Positions 48,666 through 58,557 of a stretch of 64,000 bases of DNA are shown here, piece by piece (the first letter of the stretch is position 1; each line of letters begins with the position of its first letter). The position numbers and the translations under genes were made by a program. This stretch comes from Fibrobacteria bacterium (GTDB lineage Bacteria > Fibrobacterota > Fibrobacteria > UBA11236 > JADFYW01): the NCBI GenBank assembly GCA_050294405.1, contig JBNKOC010000024.1, forward strand, positions 96,001 to 160,000. Reading direction: 5' to 3'. The notes under the pieces were generated by a model. The model ran no database searches, was not told the origin of the DNA, and saw only the letters and a program-made list of their open reading frames with translations.

Positions 48666-50885
48666 TTACTCCCAGCCAGTTACCATACCTTTGATATAAT
48701 GAGTAGGACGTTTCCCTGTGGTCGAAAGATACACATGCATAATCACAAAGGATACCATTAACCAGGAACAGGCGCTGTGGATGACAGCGACCGTTTTAAG
48801 CCCCCCGGCCCACAGAACCAGCCATTCCAATGCATTGGGAAACATCATCATAGCCCCTGTCACCACGAGAAGGGGTAGTAAAATATTCAGCAAACCCAAA
48901 TAGGTTAATTGCTGCAAGGGATTTAATTTTTTTCCGGGATGTTTATGAAAGGGATGGGCTTTCCCGCTAAATATTCCCTCCACATAGTAAGCCGCCTGAA
49001 GGATGGCATCCGAAATAAACCCTTGGGGCTTAGGCAAATATTGCCGAATGTCTCCGCTAGCCACATGATAAAATAAAGCCAAAAAGGCATTAATGGCAAG
49101 TATAATTCCCATAACATGGTGCAAGCTGTTGGCTTTATCAAACCCCAATATTCCAAATGTTCCAGGAAGATGTATTTCCAGCCCGGACCAAAAAAGCAGT
49201 AGAACGGTCATGGACTGCATCCAATGCCAGAAGCGTTCATAAGTAGTGTAAAGGTATTTTTTTCCTGCAACTTCAGTTCCGGGCTGAATTCTATTTTTAG
49301 CTGTTACCACTCTGAAAAATCCGTGTGTTAATACCCCCATAATAACTAGCAGCATTAATATAAGGCCCGCCCAATCCACCAGGGGCAACCGGTCTTTGCC
49401 AAATACATATAATTTGTCCACAGAATTCTTCTGTTTTAAAATCAGATGGTTCCCCTTGGAAGGATGATTCATTATTTCAGATTCCCACAACACCCCCGCA
49501 GCCTGTTTTAACTCCACACTGCCCAGTTCATGTTCCCCTAAATCGAACTCTTGGCGCAAAATGCCGTTCTTACTATGGCAAGCCTTGCATTCCCTTATAG
49601 CCTTCTTCCCCTCCACTGCATTGTGGCTGATGGGATAGGGAACCAGTTCTTTCGCCATTTTTACATTTGCATAGCCCATTTTTTTTAGGGCTTTTAATAC
49701 CAAATCCCTGTTTGCCTCACTCCCCTCAATTTGGGACATGGCCTTTTGTACCACGTCCTTTTCAATAGGAGTATTGCCATCCTTCCAAAATGTATGTGTC
49801 ACTATGTTAAAGGGGAAATAAGCGCTTCCATAATTTTTTCGCTTATCGGGATAATCTGTTATTTCCCTACGCAACAGCAACGGACTAAAAGGAGTAATTA
49901 AGCCGGTGGAATCCACATTTCGATAACTGACCAGGGGCTCAGCGTCCTCATTTAAAAGGGTAACATCCATTGATTTGATTACTGGAGAATAAATTTTTGG
50001 AATGTGACAAGCTTGACAGGAAACTTTTTCAAAATGTTTTTGGCTGAGACCATCCCAATAATTAGTGTGGTTCGATTCATGGCAATTGCTACAATCCAGG
50101 GCTTTCGCAGCCGGTTTGTCAGTTATATATATTCCAGCTGAAGCTAATCTGTGATCCGGGCGATAGAGATAATCGGAAATGGCCCCCCGACGAGCGTCAA
50201 ACTTTAATTTTGCAGGGCTATCTTTTTTTATCTGGGAAAAGCTGGGATTGTTAGGTGAACCATGGCAATCACTGCAATGCATTCCCCTTTTAGCATGAAC
50301 ATCCCAGGAATTATTCAATTTATTTTTACTGCTTATGTTAAGAGAGGATTTGCTAATTTTTTGATTTGAAAAAAGCCGGCCTGTTAGCCAAAGAGCGGCT
50401 TCTTTGGATTGAAACTCAGGCAGCCCAACAGGGCCTTTATTGTTAGGGATGCCGGAATGACATTGCCCGCAGTTTTGACTTACCGGCTTTGTTAGTGCAT
50501 ACCAGGGTACCCCTTCTTTATCCTTATAATGACTTGCTTCAGGATTCCAGCTATAACTGTCGCCGGCCTTTACTATTAGGTTTGTAGTATTTAATGAGGC
50601 TTGTATAGTTTCCGATTCTAAATCCAGGGGGCCGCTGCCATGGCAAGCAAGGCAATTTTGTTCCTGGTTGGTGGCAGGCTCCCCGATTTCGCCCCTATGG
50701 CTGTTGTGTTTTTCAATGTAATCCACATCGTGACATGTTCCGCATGTTTGTTTGAGAGAAAGGCTGCCTCCCTTTTTTGCTAAGGAATGACCATCCAAAT
50801 TTTTCCATAAAAAATCAGGATGCATATCCGAGGCTGCAAATAAAAATCCGGAAAACCCAAGTATCATAAGCAGCCACTTTTTCAT
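48666..50885 (-). CDS. 7-heme cytochrome c (OTR-like) fused to a cytochrome b (Ni_hydr_CYTB/PhsC-like) membrane domain
   Basis: Signal peptide; 7 CxxCH; ERFWHW, LHH.MG, KLNPLQ, IH...MHVYL...MVTGWE. Confidence 0.88.
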   Translation of the reverse strand: MKKWLLMILGFSGFLFAASDMHPDFLWKNLDGHSLAKKGGSLSLKQTCGTCHDVDYIEKHNSHRGEIGEPATNQEQNCLACHGSGPLDLESETIQASLNTTNLIVKAGDSYSWNPEASHYKDKEGVPWYALTKPVSQNCGQCHSGIPNNKGPVGLPEFQSKEAALWLTGRLFSNQKISKSSLNISSKNKLNNSWDVHAKRGMHCSDCHGSPNNPSFSQIKKDSPAKLKFDARRGAISDYLYRPDHRLASAGIYITDKPAAKALDCSNCHESNHTNYWDGLSQKHFEKVSCQACHIPKIYSPVIKSMDVTLLNEDAEPLVSYRNVDSTGLITPFSPLLLRREITDYPDKRKNYGSAYFPFNIVTHTFWKDGNTPIEKDVVQKAMSQIEGSEANRDLVLKALKKMGYANVKMAKELVPYPISHNAVEGKKAIRECKACHSKNGILRQEFDLGEHELGSVELKQAAGVLWESEIMNHPSKGNHLILKQKNSVDKLYVFGKDRLPLVDWAGLILMLLVIMGVLTHGFFRVVTAKNRIQPGTEVAGKKYLYTTYERFWHWMQSMTVLLLFWSGLEIHLPGTFGILGFDKANSLHHVMGIILAINAFLALFYHVASGDIRQYLPKPQGFISDAILQAAYYVEGIFSGKAHPFHKHPGKKLNPLQQLTYLGLLNILLPLLVVTGAMMMFPNALEWLVLWAGGLKTVAVIHSACSWLMVSFVIMHVYLSTTGKRPTHYIKGMVTGWE

Positions 50886-52324
50886 TCGAAACTCCGGCTA
50901 TTATGAGCGCGCATGGGGTCTCTACCATAACCCAGCGCACTCCAATTCATCCTGCCGTTTTCACCATGGCAATCCATACATTGCAGGGCTTCCCCTTTTT
51001 CTGAAACCATATGGCTTAAAGGCCAATACATAAGTGTCCTGGCCCATCCGTATTCTCCGCTATACCCCAATCCCGATATTTCACCTCCAAGCCGGGCCGC
51101 TTCGTCCCAATCAAAATTTTTCCAATAGGCTCCCACAGTTTTAGGCTGGATTAACCAATTATGTTGCTTATCATATATTTGTTTTCCACGGTGAACCTTA
51201 AAGGGCCAAATCTTCGCATTTGCATCGGCAATGTTGCCAAGGGGTTCATTTATATTGGTCACACTGTCGGGATTGATAGTATCGCCCTTAAGGTATTTTT
51301 TACTAAAACCGTTATACCAGTAATATTCAGGCTGTAGATTTTTTTCATATTTAAACTCCCCTTTGATTCGCAAGTAATGGTGTTTTTCGTCCTTCCGGGT
51401 GCTATCCCCTGCCTTAGACCAGTCCCAATGGGTTTTGGTGGCATGTTTTTTAGCTACCTGGGGGATGTGGCAAGCCTGGCAAGAAACCGCCTCCAGATGG
51501 CTGTTTAGCCTCTTATCCTGATGAAAATCACCTACGTGACAGTTAGTGCAGCCTATTTGATTGGTTGTGTCCACATGAACCGACATGGAGCGTCCCATTA
51601 CATCATGATGTGGCGCCCTGTGACAGTTTATGCATTCCATATTGTTTTTACCCATATGTATATCAAGACTGGTTGATGGATTGTACAGGCTTTCATCCAG
51701 GTCGCCGTGTTTTACAGCATCACCTCCCCCACCTCGAAAATGGCAAGACCCGCAATTTACCCGGCTTGGATAATTCACGCTTTTAGCCACTTTAAGTAAA
51801 TCGACTCCTTCGGCTGGCTGTCCTGCTTCGCCTTTGGCGTAGGAGCCCGAACCGTCATGGCAGCTGAGGCAATCCACATTTTCTTCAGCTTCAAAATCAA
51901 ATTTTTGGTCCTTCCAACCATAGCCTATATGGCAGCTGGTGCATTTCGGCCAATTGCCACCAATACCAATACAAAAATTATTAAAGCCGTTTTTCTTACC
52001 AAGCCTAATGGGATCCTTGCGCCAGGGAACTTCAAGGGGTTTGCTTTCCCAGGTCCAGTGGGCGGTTTTCATTACATCCCGAGCCGCATTTTCATGACAT
52101 TCCAAACATGCTCGGGTAACCGAAGGGCCATCTTCAAATGGACCTTGGATCAAATCAGAATGATTCACATGAGGCCGCCTTTCCGGCAACATGGAAAAGG
52201 CATCCGTTTTCTTATGTAAATTACGGGAGGCCGCGCTCTTAAGGGAAATTATTGTGGCTAACACAATCACAATTATGGACAACAGTGCAAGAAATATCCA
52301 TAAATTTTGTTTAACCTTTTTCAC
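50882..52324 (-). CDS. otr: octaheme tetrathionate reductase family cytochrome c
   Basis: 8 CxxCH; HWTW; GKKNGFNNFC; CTSCHIGYGW; GGGGDAVKHGD; CQACHIP; WDWSKAG; N-terminal TM anchor; GTG start. Confidence 0.92.
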   Translation of the reverse strand: MKKVKQNLWIFLALLSIIVIVLATIISLKSAASRNLHKKTDAFSMLPERRPHVNHSDLIQGPFEDGPSVTRACLECHENAARDVMKTAHWTWESKPLEVPWRKDPIRLGKKNGFNNFCIGIGGNWPKCTSCHIGYGWKDQKFDFEAEENVDCLSCHDGSGSYAKGEAGQPAEGVDLLKVAKSVNYPSRVNCGSCHFRGGGGDAVKHGDLDESLYNPSTSLDIHMGKNNMECINCHRAPHHDVMGRSMSVHVDTTNQIGCTNCHVGDFHQDKRLNSHLEAVSCQACHIPQVAKKHATKTHWDWSKAGDSTRKDEKHHYLRIKGEFKYEKNLQPEYYWYNGFSKKYLKGDTINPDSVTNINEPLGNIADANAKIWPFKVHRGKQIYDKQHNWLIQPKTVGAYWKNFDWDEAARLGGEISGLGYSGEYGWARTLMYWPLSHMVSEKGEALQCMDCHGENGRMNWSALGYGRDPMRAHNSRSFE

Positions 52325-52358
52325 AAATTCCCTCTTGTTAATTAATAATTACGCACTC

Positions 52359-52676
52359 CTATAAAAGCTTGGATTTAGACTTTATAAAATTGGTAGCTAG
52401 ATCATTCATATTGCGGCACACAGTAGTTAATTTGGCATCCGCGAGCTTATAAAACACCTGAACACCCTCTTTGCGGGAAGAAATCAGGCCCACAGATTTT
52501 AGTATGGACATATGCTGAGATAAATTTGCTTTAGGCAGTTTCAATATTTTGATTAGCTGGGCCGTGCTCCTTTCTTCCATACACAACAGGCGAATTATTT
52601 TAATACGCTTGGAATGGCTGAACGCCTTAAACATCTCCATTTCAATTTCTATAACAGCTTCTTCTTTCTTATTCAT
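52359..52676 (-). CDS. ArsR/SmtB repressor, probably BigR/SqrR-like persulfide sensor
   Basis: FKAFSHSKRIKII; NLSQHMSILK; two Cys (LLCMEE, TVCRN). Confidence 0.88.
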   Translation of the reverse strand: MNKKEEAVIEIEMEMFKAFSHSKRIKIIRLLCMEERSTAQLIKILKLPKANLSQHMSILKSVGLISSRKEGVQVFYKLADAKLTTVCRNMNDLATNFIKSKSKLL

Positions 52677-52695
52677 AAACTTTTTCCATCTTCTT

Positions 52696-52732
52696 ATATT
52701 TCACTGTTTCGAAACTCCTTAACTATATTATA
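52696..52732 (-). promoter_or_regulatory. putative ArsR operator and -10 box
   Basis: Imperfect inverted repeat centred on GTTTCGAAAC, just downstream of a minus-strand TATAAT (52732-52727). Confidence 0.45.
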
Positions 52733-52807
52733 ATTGAAAATACACTGTTTTTACTCAACTAATCTCTGCCAGATTGTCACAACCTGGGCATAGCTAATTA
52801 GGAAAAA

Positions 52808-53413
52808 TTATTCTGCCGTAAACTTAATACTGGGAATTCGAGGCCTTGGTTTGGGAGATTCATCTGGGTACCCCAAGGTTATCATAGCCAGAATCACCAT
52901 ATAATCTGGAATCTTAAAATATTCCCTTACTTCCTCGAACTCAAAATGGTGCACCCAGCACGAACCTAAACCCAGTTTAACCGCCTGCAATACAACATGC
53001 TCTAAGCCAATGGCTGCACTGACGGAAGAAATTTCCAATCCCAATTTTAATTTAAAGGGCTTATTTTTTGAGGAGCGCAAAGTGTTAACATCCACCGGTT
53101 CAATAGCTTCAGCCTCATATAATTCATTGATTTTTTGTCCGATATCTCCATCTGCACTGCTGTCAACCAAACCAATAAAGGCAACAGGGGCAGTCATTAC
53201 GGCACCTGAACTGTAAGCAGCTTTTCTCATAAAATCCATATCTTCAGGTTTATCAACGACTAAAATTCTTAAGGGTTGAAGATTGCAAACGGAAGGAGCA
53301 AGTCGAGCTGCTTCCGTTAAAACTTCAATTTTTTCCATTTCAATTTTTTTGTTTTTATAATGCCTGATGCTTCGGCGATTTAATATTTCCGGCAATATTA
53401 ATGAATTATCCAT
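52808..53413 (-). CDS. nitroreductase family protein
   Basis: RRSIRHY; APSVCNLQP; LGLGSCW; LGYP. Confidence 0.92.
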   Translation of the reverse strand: MDNSLILPEILNRRSIRHYKNKKIEMEKIEVLTEAARLAPSVCNLQPLRILVVDKPEDMDFMRKAAYSSGAVMTAPVAFIGLVDSSADGDIGQKINELYEAEAIEPVDVNTLRSSKNKPFKLKLGLEISSVSAAIGLEHVVLQAVKLGLGSCWVHHFEFEEVREYFKIPDYMVILAMITLGYPDESPKPRPRIPSIKFTAE

Positions 53414-53626
53414 TTGACGTCCTCGTTTATTTGAAAAATGGACTTAAGATGCACATATAGAGTAAAAGCTAGCAAAAATAGCCCCAAAAAACGGTTCACG
53501 TCAGCTCCTATCCAAAGATTTTTTTTGCCATAATTAAGGTTTCTAAGGAACGATATTTTGTTAAAATAATTAAGAGCGATTAAACAAATCTTCAAAAATA
53601 TTTTTGAAATAAAATTAAGGTTAGAT

Positions 53627-54289
53627 ATGATTGAATTAAAGACCATACTAAAAATATCCGGAATAGTTTTCATTCTTGCAATATTGGCAGCCTGCATCAA
53701 AGACAACCCGGTTTCCGAGGGAGTGGAAGACGCCAACCAACTCCAAGCCTTAAAAAATGTAGACTTTATTTTTGAAGATGTTTCCTTTGAAGTTGCAGGT
53801 ATCCCCACCGGCAGCGATCTAACAGTTCCATTCGATACATTATTAGAACAAAATCCAGATAAATATTCCGAGCCTTCCTCCTATACCATAACATTTTCCC
53901 TTAACATGATTGCTGACAACACTTCCAGCGACGCTGAAGACGCCAAGTTTGACGGCATTAACGTAAACATGGAGTTTAATAACATCACTAATGCGCCTTT
54001 GACGCTAAGCAGAGGAACATTGGCTATTCCCAAAGGCGAAGAGGTTCCCTTTACCGCCAGCGGTTCCCTGAATCTTGAAACCCACAAAGAACCTCGAAAA
54101 TACATCTTTCAACAGATGGTAGATGGAGAGGATATTGCCTCAGAGATTTTCCCCGAGATATTATATAAGTTTGGAAAACTCGAAGGCAGCCTGGTTTTAC
54201 CCAGTTGGGAACAAGCTATCCCCACCCGCGCTTCTCCCGAAACCAAGGCTTTTTTATCTGATTTGTTAGCTTCAGGGCTGCTGGACTGA
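53627..54289 (+). CDS. hypothetical lipoprotein
   Basis: Lipobox LAA-C; acidic beta-rich body. Confidence 0.7.
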   Translation: MIELKTILKISGIVFILAILAACIKDNPVSEGVEDANQLQALKNVDFIFEDVSFEVAGIPTGSDLTVPFDTLLEQNPDKYSEPSSYTITFSLNMIADNTSSDAEDAKFDGINVNMEFNNITNAPLTLSRGTLAIPKGEEVPFTASGSLNLETHKEPRKYIFQQMVDGEDIASEIFPEILYKFGKLEGSLVLPSWEQAIPTRASPETKAFLSDLLASGLLD

Positions 54290-54315
54290 GTTTAAAAGAT
54301 ATTGTCTACAAAAAA

Positions 54316-57063
54316 TCAAAACAAAGCGCAATTGGGGGCTGGAGTCTCTCCCCTGGAGATTCCCTGTTTATAAGTGGCTATTTGTTTTTTCCCATTGCTG
54401 AGTTCAAAGACCACTTGCCAGATATACACGCCTGATCCCACATAGTCTCCCTTAACATCCTTTTGATTCCATATCAGGAAATTTAAAACTCCGCCCGGCT
54501 GTATTCTGTTTGCATCATCCAGTTCTCCGCAAAAACCAAATTTTTGCACGGAGCTATGTATATACTTTCCAAGGTGATCGAAAATATTAATTCTTGCCGT
54601 ATAACTGTCTTTACTAATAACAGATATTGCGGAAAGACAGTTTTGGGAAAATACCCGAGGAGCCGGGTTTGGAGTGTTTAAAGCATTGCAAGTATTTTGA
54701 GCCTCCTCATCTATTTTCCCATCTTCTGTCATAAATAGCGGGGGTATCCAGGTATTTATTTCTTTACCCTCAAACATGCCGATTTGTTCCATGTTATCAT
54801 TTAGTATGTAAACGGTATTGGACTTGGGCGTATTAAATTCGCTTGTTGAATTAACATCGCCTATAATGCTGTATACAAGGACAGTACTCATCAAATCGGG
54901 TCCCGGGTTTCCTTCCACATTTACGGGTATATTCATGGGCTTATTGCCCTTCAAATCGGAATAACCTGAATTCGGATTGAGGAAGATACAATCTCCGGGC
55001 TGAATAATTTGGCTATTTTCATTTCCCATAAGAGGAATATTGAGGCTTAACCCGCCCGCCTCGGAAAGGGGTTCGGCCGTTAGCCGGGCCGATTGGATCT
55101 CTTTCGAATCATCGCATTCTTTTAAAAAATACAGCATCGTATTAAAAGAGTTCACGTCTCCCAACAAAGAGGCCGTCATAGGTTCCGATAAGGTTATTTT
55201 TAAAGTATCGGGGTTGGTTTGGACGATTCGGTTAGGATCGCTTTCCAATACATAATACTTTATTTGAGGGGAAACAATATTGGCATTGAGCGCTATAGGC
55301 CCGATAGAATCCTGAATAATTCCCACTGTTCCATCTGCCAAAGTAAAATTAGGATCCCCGCCATTTAGATTTCCGGTTTGACCAAACTCAAAGGGATTCA
55401 GAGAAAAATCCACCACAATAGTATTTGCTGAAATTCGAAAAATATTTTGACTTGTCCCCTGTTTGACTTCATATCCGTTTAGCGGCCAATTGATATCCCG
55501 AATAACTTCAGGCAACTCGACCAAATCTCCCTCAAAAGAAATGAAGAGGGAGTCAGCTCTTCCGTCCTTATTTCCGTCTACCATCCAGGCTTTGTTAATT
55601 ACAATAGGTACTATCTTTTCCCAGGCCACTTCAAAACTAATGTTAAAGGCACGGATGGGCTGGGTACTGGTGGTGGCTGTAATCGTATAGGTTCCGGGAG
55701 CTAAAGTTTGCGTTTGGTTGATAAGAGCCGTATCAATAATAATACCTGTGCCGTTGGCATGGACGGATATTCCTCCATAGGACGTTGAACCTGAGTTTAA
55801 AATCAAATCTCCCGCAACACCAGGTCCTTTTAAACTAAAAGTGGACAGTTCCGGAGAAACCGTCACTGTATCGGCAGAGCTGCAACTCCCATCCCCTCCC
55901 CGGGAACGAATAACATCATACTGAGCGCTTGTAGCCGAGAGAAAGGTAGTATCCAGCCAGGTATCAAGTACCTGCTCAAAATAAATAGATGTTTCAATTA
56001 ACAAGTTGGACCCTGTGGTTTTTCTCTCGCAGTAAAACAAGTGGAAGGGGTATTCGCTACCTTGATTCAGCCCAAGTGTATCCAAAAGAATTTTTCCGGA
56101 GGCTGCGCTATGAGGCGCTCCTAAATCCATGTGAAGCTCGCGGTTAATAAAAACCCATAAATCATCATCCCCTGTGAAGCTGAATTCCTGCCCGGGCTGA
56201 TATTTAAAGGAGGCTTCCATCTCCATACAAAAATGAAAGTTATGTAATCCCCCAGTAGGGTCCAAAAAAGCGTTCCCCGTTTCCTTGTCTATATATTCGG
56301 AATAGCTTCGTTCAGCTGTTCCCGGAAACAGGTTAAAATCATCTATGGGAAAAAAGCTTTTGCTTGGGCTATCCTCATAAGAATCATATTTCCAAAGTCC
56401 ATTATCCGATTTTTGCAGGGGTAAATTGTAACAAGTGCGGTGGTTGTTCTGATAGGGATCTGAATCGCTGGATTTATCACGAAACCAATTATTAAAGTCT
56501 TCCTGAAAATAGGAAACCGGGCCTTGAACGGGCTTGTCATCGGGTCCTAAAACATTGGCCACCATCCCCTTATGAGAAACGCCATCATCATCTGCCATTT
56601 CAAAATCGGGATGTTCTTTGGAAAAATCCCAAATTGTGGTAGCCATTTCAAAGGAACATTGCCCTTCAATCCCCGGAAAGCTAGCTGAAATTTGAGGATT
56701 GCCGCTGGTTTGGGGTATGGAAAAAATGTATGCGGTGTCGCCAGCCTGAAAATGAACGTTTAAATCAAGGGGAGTAATGTCCCCTATTCCACCGGCTCCG
56801 TAAGTGGAACTTCCATAGCTATCTTTTAAAAGAATTTTATAATCCGCCATATTGGTTATGTTATAAACAAACCAATCGCATTTCTCGGTAGCGTTCATGG
56901 CCTCAAAGGGTTCCGACCCCATTTGGATTTGAGGGCTGGATGTGGGCCAGGGGTTTAAGACGTAAATAGTCTGCGAAAAAAGGTTTGGATTAAAGCAGAA
57001 AAAACAAAAAGTTACAGCTTTAACAATGCCTCGCGAAGCGAGTTTTTGAATACCACACTCCAA
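54316..57063 (-). CDS. fibro-slime domain protein with FlgD-Ig-like C-terminal tail
   Basis: WDFSKEHPDFE; FNNWF; HNFHFCME; FTGDDDLWVFIN; FYCER; DGNKDGRAD; IFDHLG...WNQKD..G..VGSGVY; start uncertain. Confidence 0.9.
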   Translation of the reverse strand: MECGIQKLASRGIVKAVTFCFFCFNPNLFSQTIYVLNPWPTSSPQIQMGSEPFEAMNATEKCDWFVYNITNMADYKILLKDSYGSSTYGAGGIGDITPLDLNVHFQAGDTAYIFSIPQTSGNPQISASFPGIEGQCSFEMATTIWDFSKEHPDFEMADDDGVSHKGMVANVLGPDDKPVQGPVSYFQEDFNNWFRDKSSDSDPYQNNHRTCYNLPLQKSDNGLWKYDSYEDSPSKSFFPIDDFNLFPGTAERSYSEYIDKETGNAFLDPTGGLHNFHFCMEMEASFKYQPGQEFSFTGDDDLWVFINRELHMDLGAPHSAASGKILLDTLGLNQGSEYPFHLFYCERKTTGSNLLIETSIYFEQVLDTWLDTTFLSATSAQYDVIRSRGGDGSCSSADTVTVSPELSTFSLKGPGVAGDLILNSGSTSYGGISVHANGTGIIIDTALINQTQTLAPGTYTITATTSTQPIRAFNISFEVAWEKIVPIVINKAWMVDGNKDGRADSLFISFEGDLVELPEVIRDINWPLNGYEVKQGTSQNIFRISANTIVVDFSLNPFEFGQTGNLNGGDPNFTLADGTVGIIQDSIGPIALNANIVSPQIKYYVLESDPNRIVQTNPDTLKITLSEPMTASLLGDVNSFNTMLYFLKECDDSKEIQSARLTAEPLSEAGGLSLNIPLMGNENSQIIQPGDCIFLNPNSGYSDLKGNKPMNIPVNVEGNPGPDLMSTVLVYSIIGDVNSTSEFNTPKSNTVYILNDNMEQIGMFEGKEINTWIPPLFMTEDGKIDEEAQNTCNALNTPNPAPRVFSQNCLSAISVISKDSYTARINIFDHLGKYIHSSVQKFGFCGELDDANRIQPGGVLNFLIWNQKDVKGDYVGSGVYIWQVVFELSNGKKQIATYKQGISRGETPAPNCALF

Positions 57064-57204
57064 AATGACCTGGTTCCCCGATTAAACCAAAGACCTTAAA
57101 CTTTTAGAGGTGCCCATCCCCTATTGCTTAAGCTAATCAAAAAATCATTTCACGCAACAGGTATTATTCTTCTTCTTTCGGTATTTTTATGCATAAAATC
57201 CGCA

Positions 57205-58374
57205 TTATCTGGTATGCTTCATTCCGTTTTCAATTACAGCCACAGTCCTATCGAACACTTCTTCGAAGGTACCCATGCCGTCAATTTTTTGGAAGCCATG
57301 GAGCATTTCATATTTTTCAATTACCGGAACGGTTTTTTTCTCGTGATCCTGTAAACGCTGCACAATTTTAGAAGTACTGGTATCATAGGGCATACAATTA
57401 TCCGTTTTGCTGCGCGCGTCTAACCTGTTAATCACTTCAAGCATAGGAACATCATATTCTATAACCTGTGAAATTTTAGAACCGTGCTTTTTTAACAACC
57501 CGTCCAAAATATAAGACTGCACAAGGGTTCGGGGGAAACCCTTAAAAATATAGCCCTTCACATTTTTGGAATGTTCCAATTTTTTTTCAATCAATTGAAC
57601 TACAATTTCATCCGGAATCAATTGGCCGCTTTCATAGAGTTCTATTATTTTCTTTCCCACCTCAGTTTTATTGGCAATTTCTTCCTCCAGCATTTTACCC
57701 GTGGCAATATATTCCAGATCGTATTTTTTGGCCAATGCCTGGGCTTGTGAGCCGCGACCACAACCGGGATAACCAAATACCACAATGTTATAGAGGGATT
57801 TAGAAAGTTCCTTCTGCAATATATTTACTATGCTTTTATTAATATTTTCAATGGAGTCATGCCCCTCAATTTCAAAATAAATTCCCTTGTCCAGGTAAAA
57901 CTGGATGACCGGACGGGTTTTTACATTATATTCCACCAACCGGTTTCGAATCACGGCTTCATTATCATCGGAACGCCCGGAAGTTTTTCCCCTGTTTAAA
58001 AGGCGCGCAACAGACTCCTCTTCCTCCACTTTAATGTTTATCAGACAATTGAGAGATGTATTTAATTTGATCATTAAACCTTCCAGAATATAAGCCTGAA
58101 CATAGGTTCTGGGAAATCCATCGAATAAAAATCCGTTCGCATTGGGATTATCGGTAATGGTTTTTTCGATAATCTGCACAATGATTTCATCAGAAACCAA
58201 CCCGCCAGACTGAATTATGTTTTGGGCCTCTAAACCTAATTTGGTGTTTTCGGCTATTTCTTTGCGCAACAAATCACCAGTGGATATGTAAAATAAATTG
58301 AACTTTTTTATTAGGAACTCTGATTGGGTTCCTTTTCCTGCGCCGGGAGGGCCGAATAATGCAATGTTTAACAT
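57205..58374 (-). CDS. adk: adenylate kinase with two tandem ADK domains
   Basis: Domain 1: GPPGAGKGTQ, STGDLLR, DGFPR, GRSDD. Domain 2: GYPGCGRGSQ, ATGKML, KGFPR. Confidence 0.9.
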   Translation of the reverse strand: MLNIALFGPPGAGKGTQSEFLIKKFNLFYISTGDLLRKEIAENTKLGLEAQNIIQSGGLVSDEIIVQIIEKTITDNPNANGFLFDGFPRTYVQAYILEGLMIKLNTSLNCLINIKVEEEESVARLLNRGKTSGRSDDNEAVIRNRLVEYNVKTRPVIQFYLDKGIYFEIEGHDSIENINKSIVNILQKELSKSLYNIVVFGYPGCGRGSQAQALAKKYDLEYIATGKMLEEEIANKTEVGKKIIELYESGQLIPDEIVVQLIEKKLEHSKNVKGYIFKGFPRTLVQSYILDGLLKKHGSKISQVIEYDVPMLEVINRLDARSKTDNCMPYDTSTSKIVQRLQDHEKKTVPVIEKYEMLHGFQKIDGMGTFEEVFDRTVAVIENGMKHTR

Positions 58375-58557
58375 AAGCCTCTTCAGGTTAAATGATGAGG
58401 ATCTTAGGACTATAAAAAATGGCCCTATCTGCTATTATAATTATAACCTTTAAACCAACGATTATTGTAACGGCAAACTGGAAAATATTTTGTCAAAAAT
58501 TCAAAAGCTTTGAAGGGCCCATTTGGGGCGGCTCTACAAAAAATAGGCTGAGGGATG

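Noticed and set aside
53398..53808. 136-aa minus ORF and other short overlapping ORFs in the track
   Set aside because: Antisense or off-frame shadows of well-supported genes
57064..57140. GGGGAACC leader as a c-di-AMP riboswitch
   Set aside because: Other conserved elements are missing
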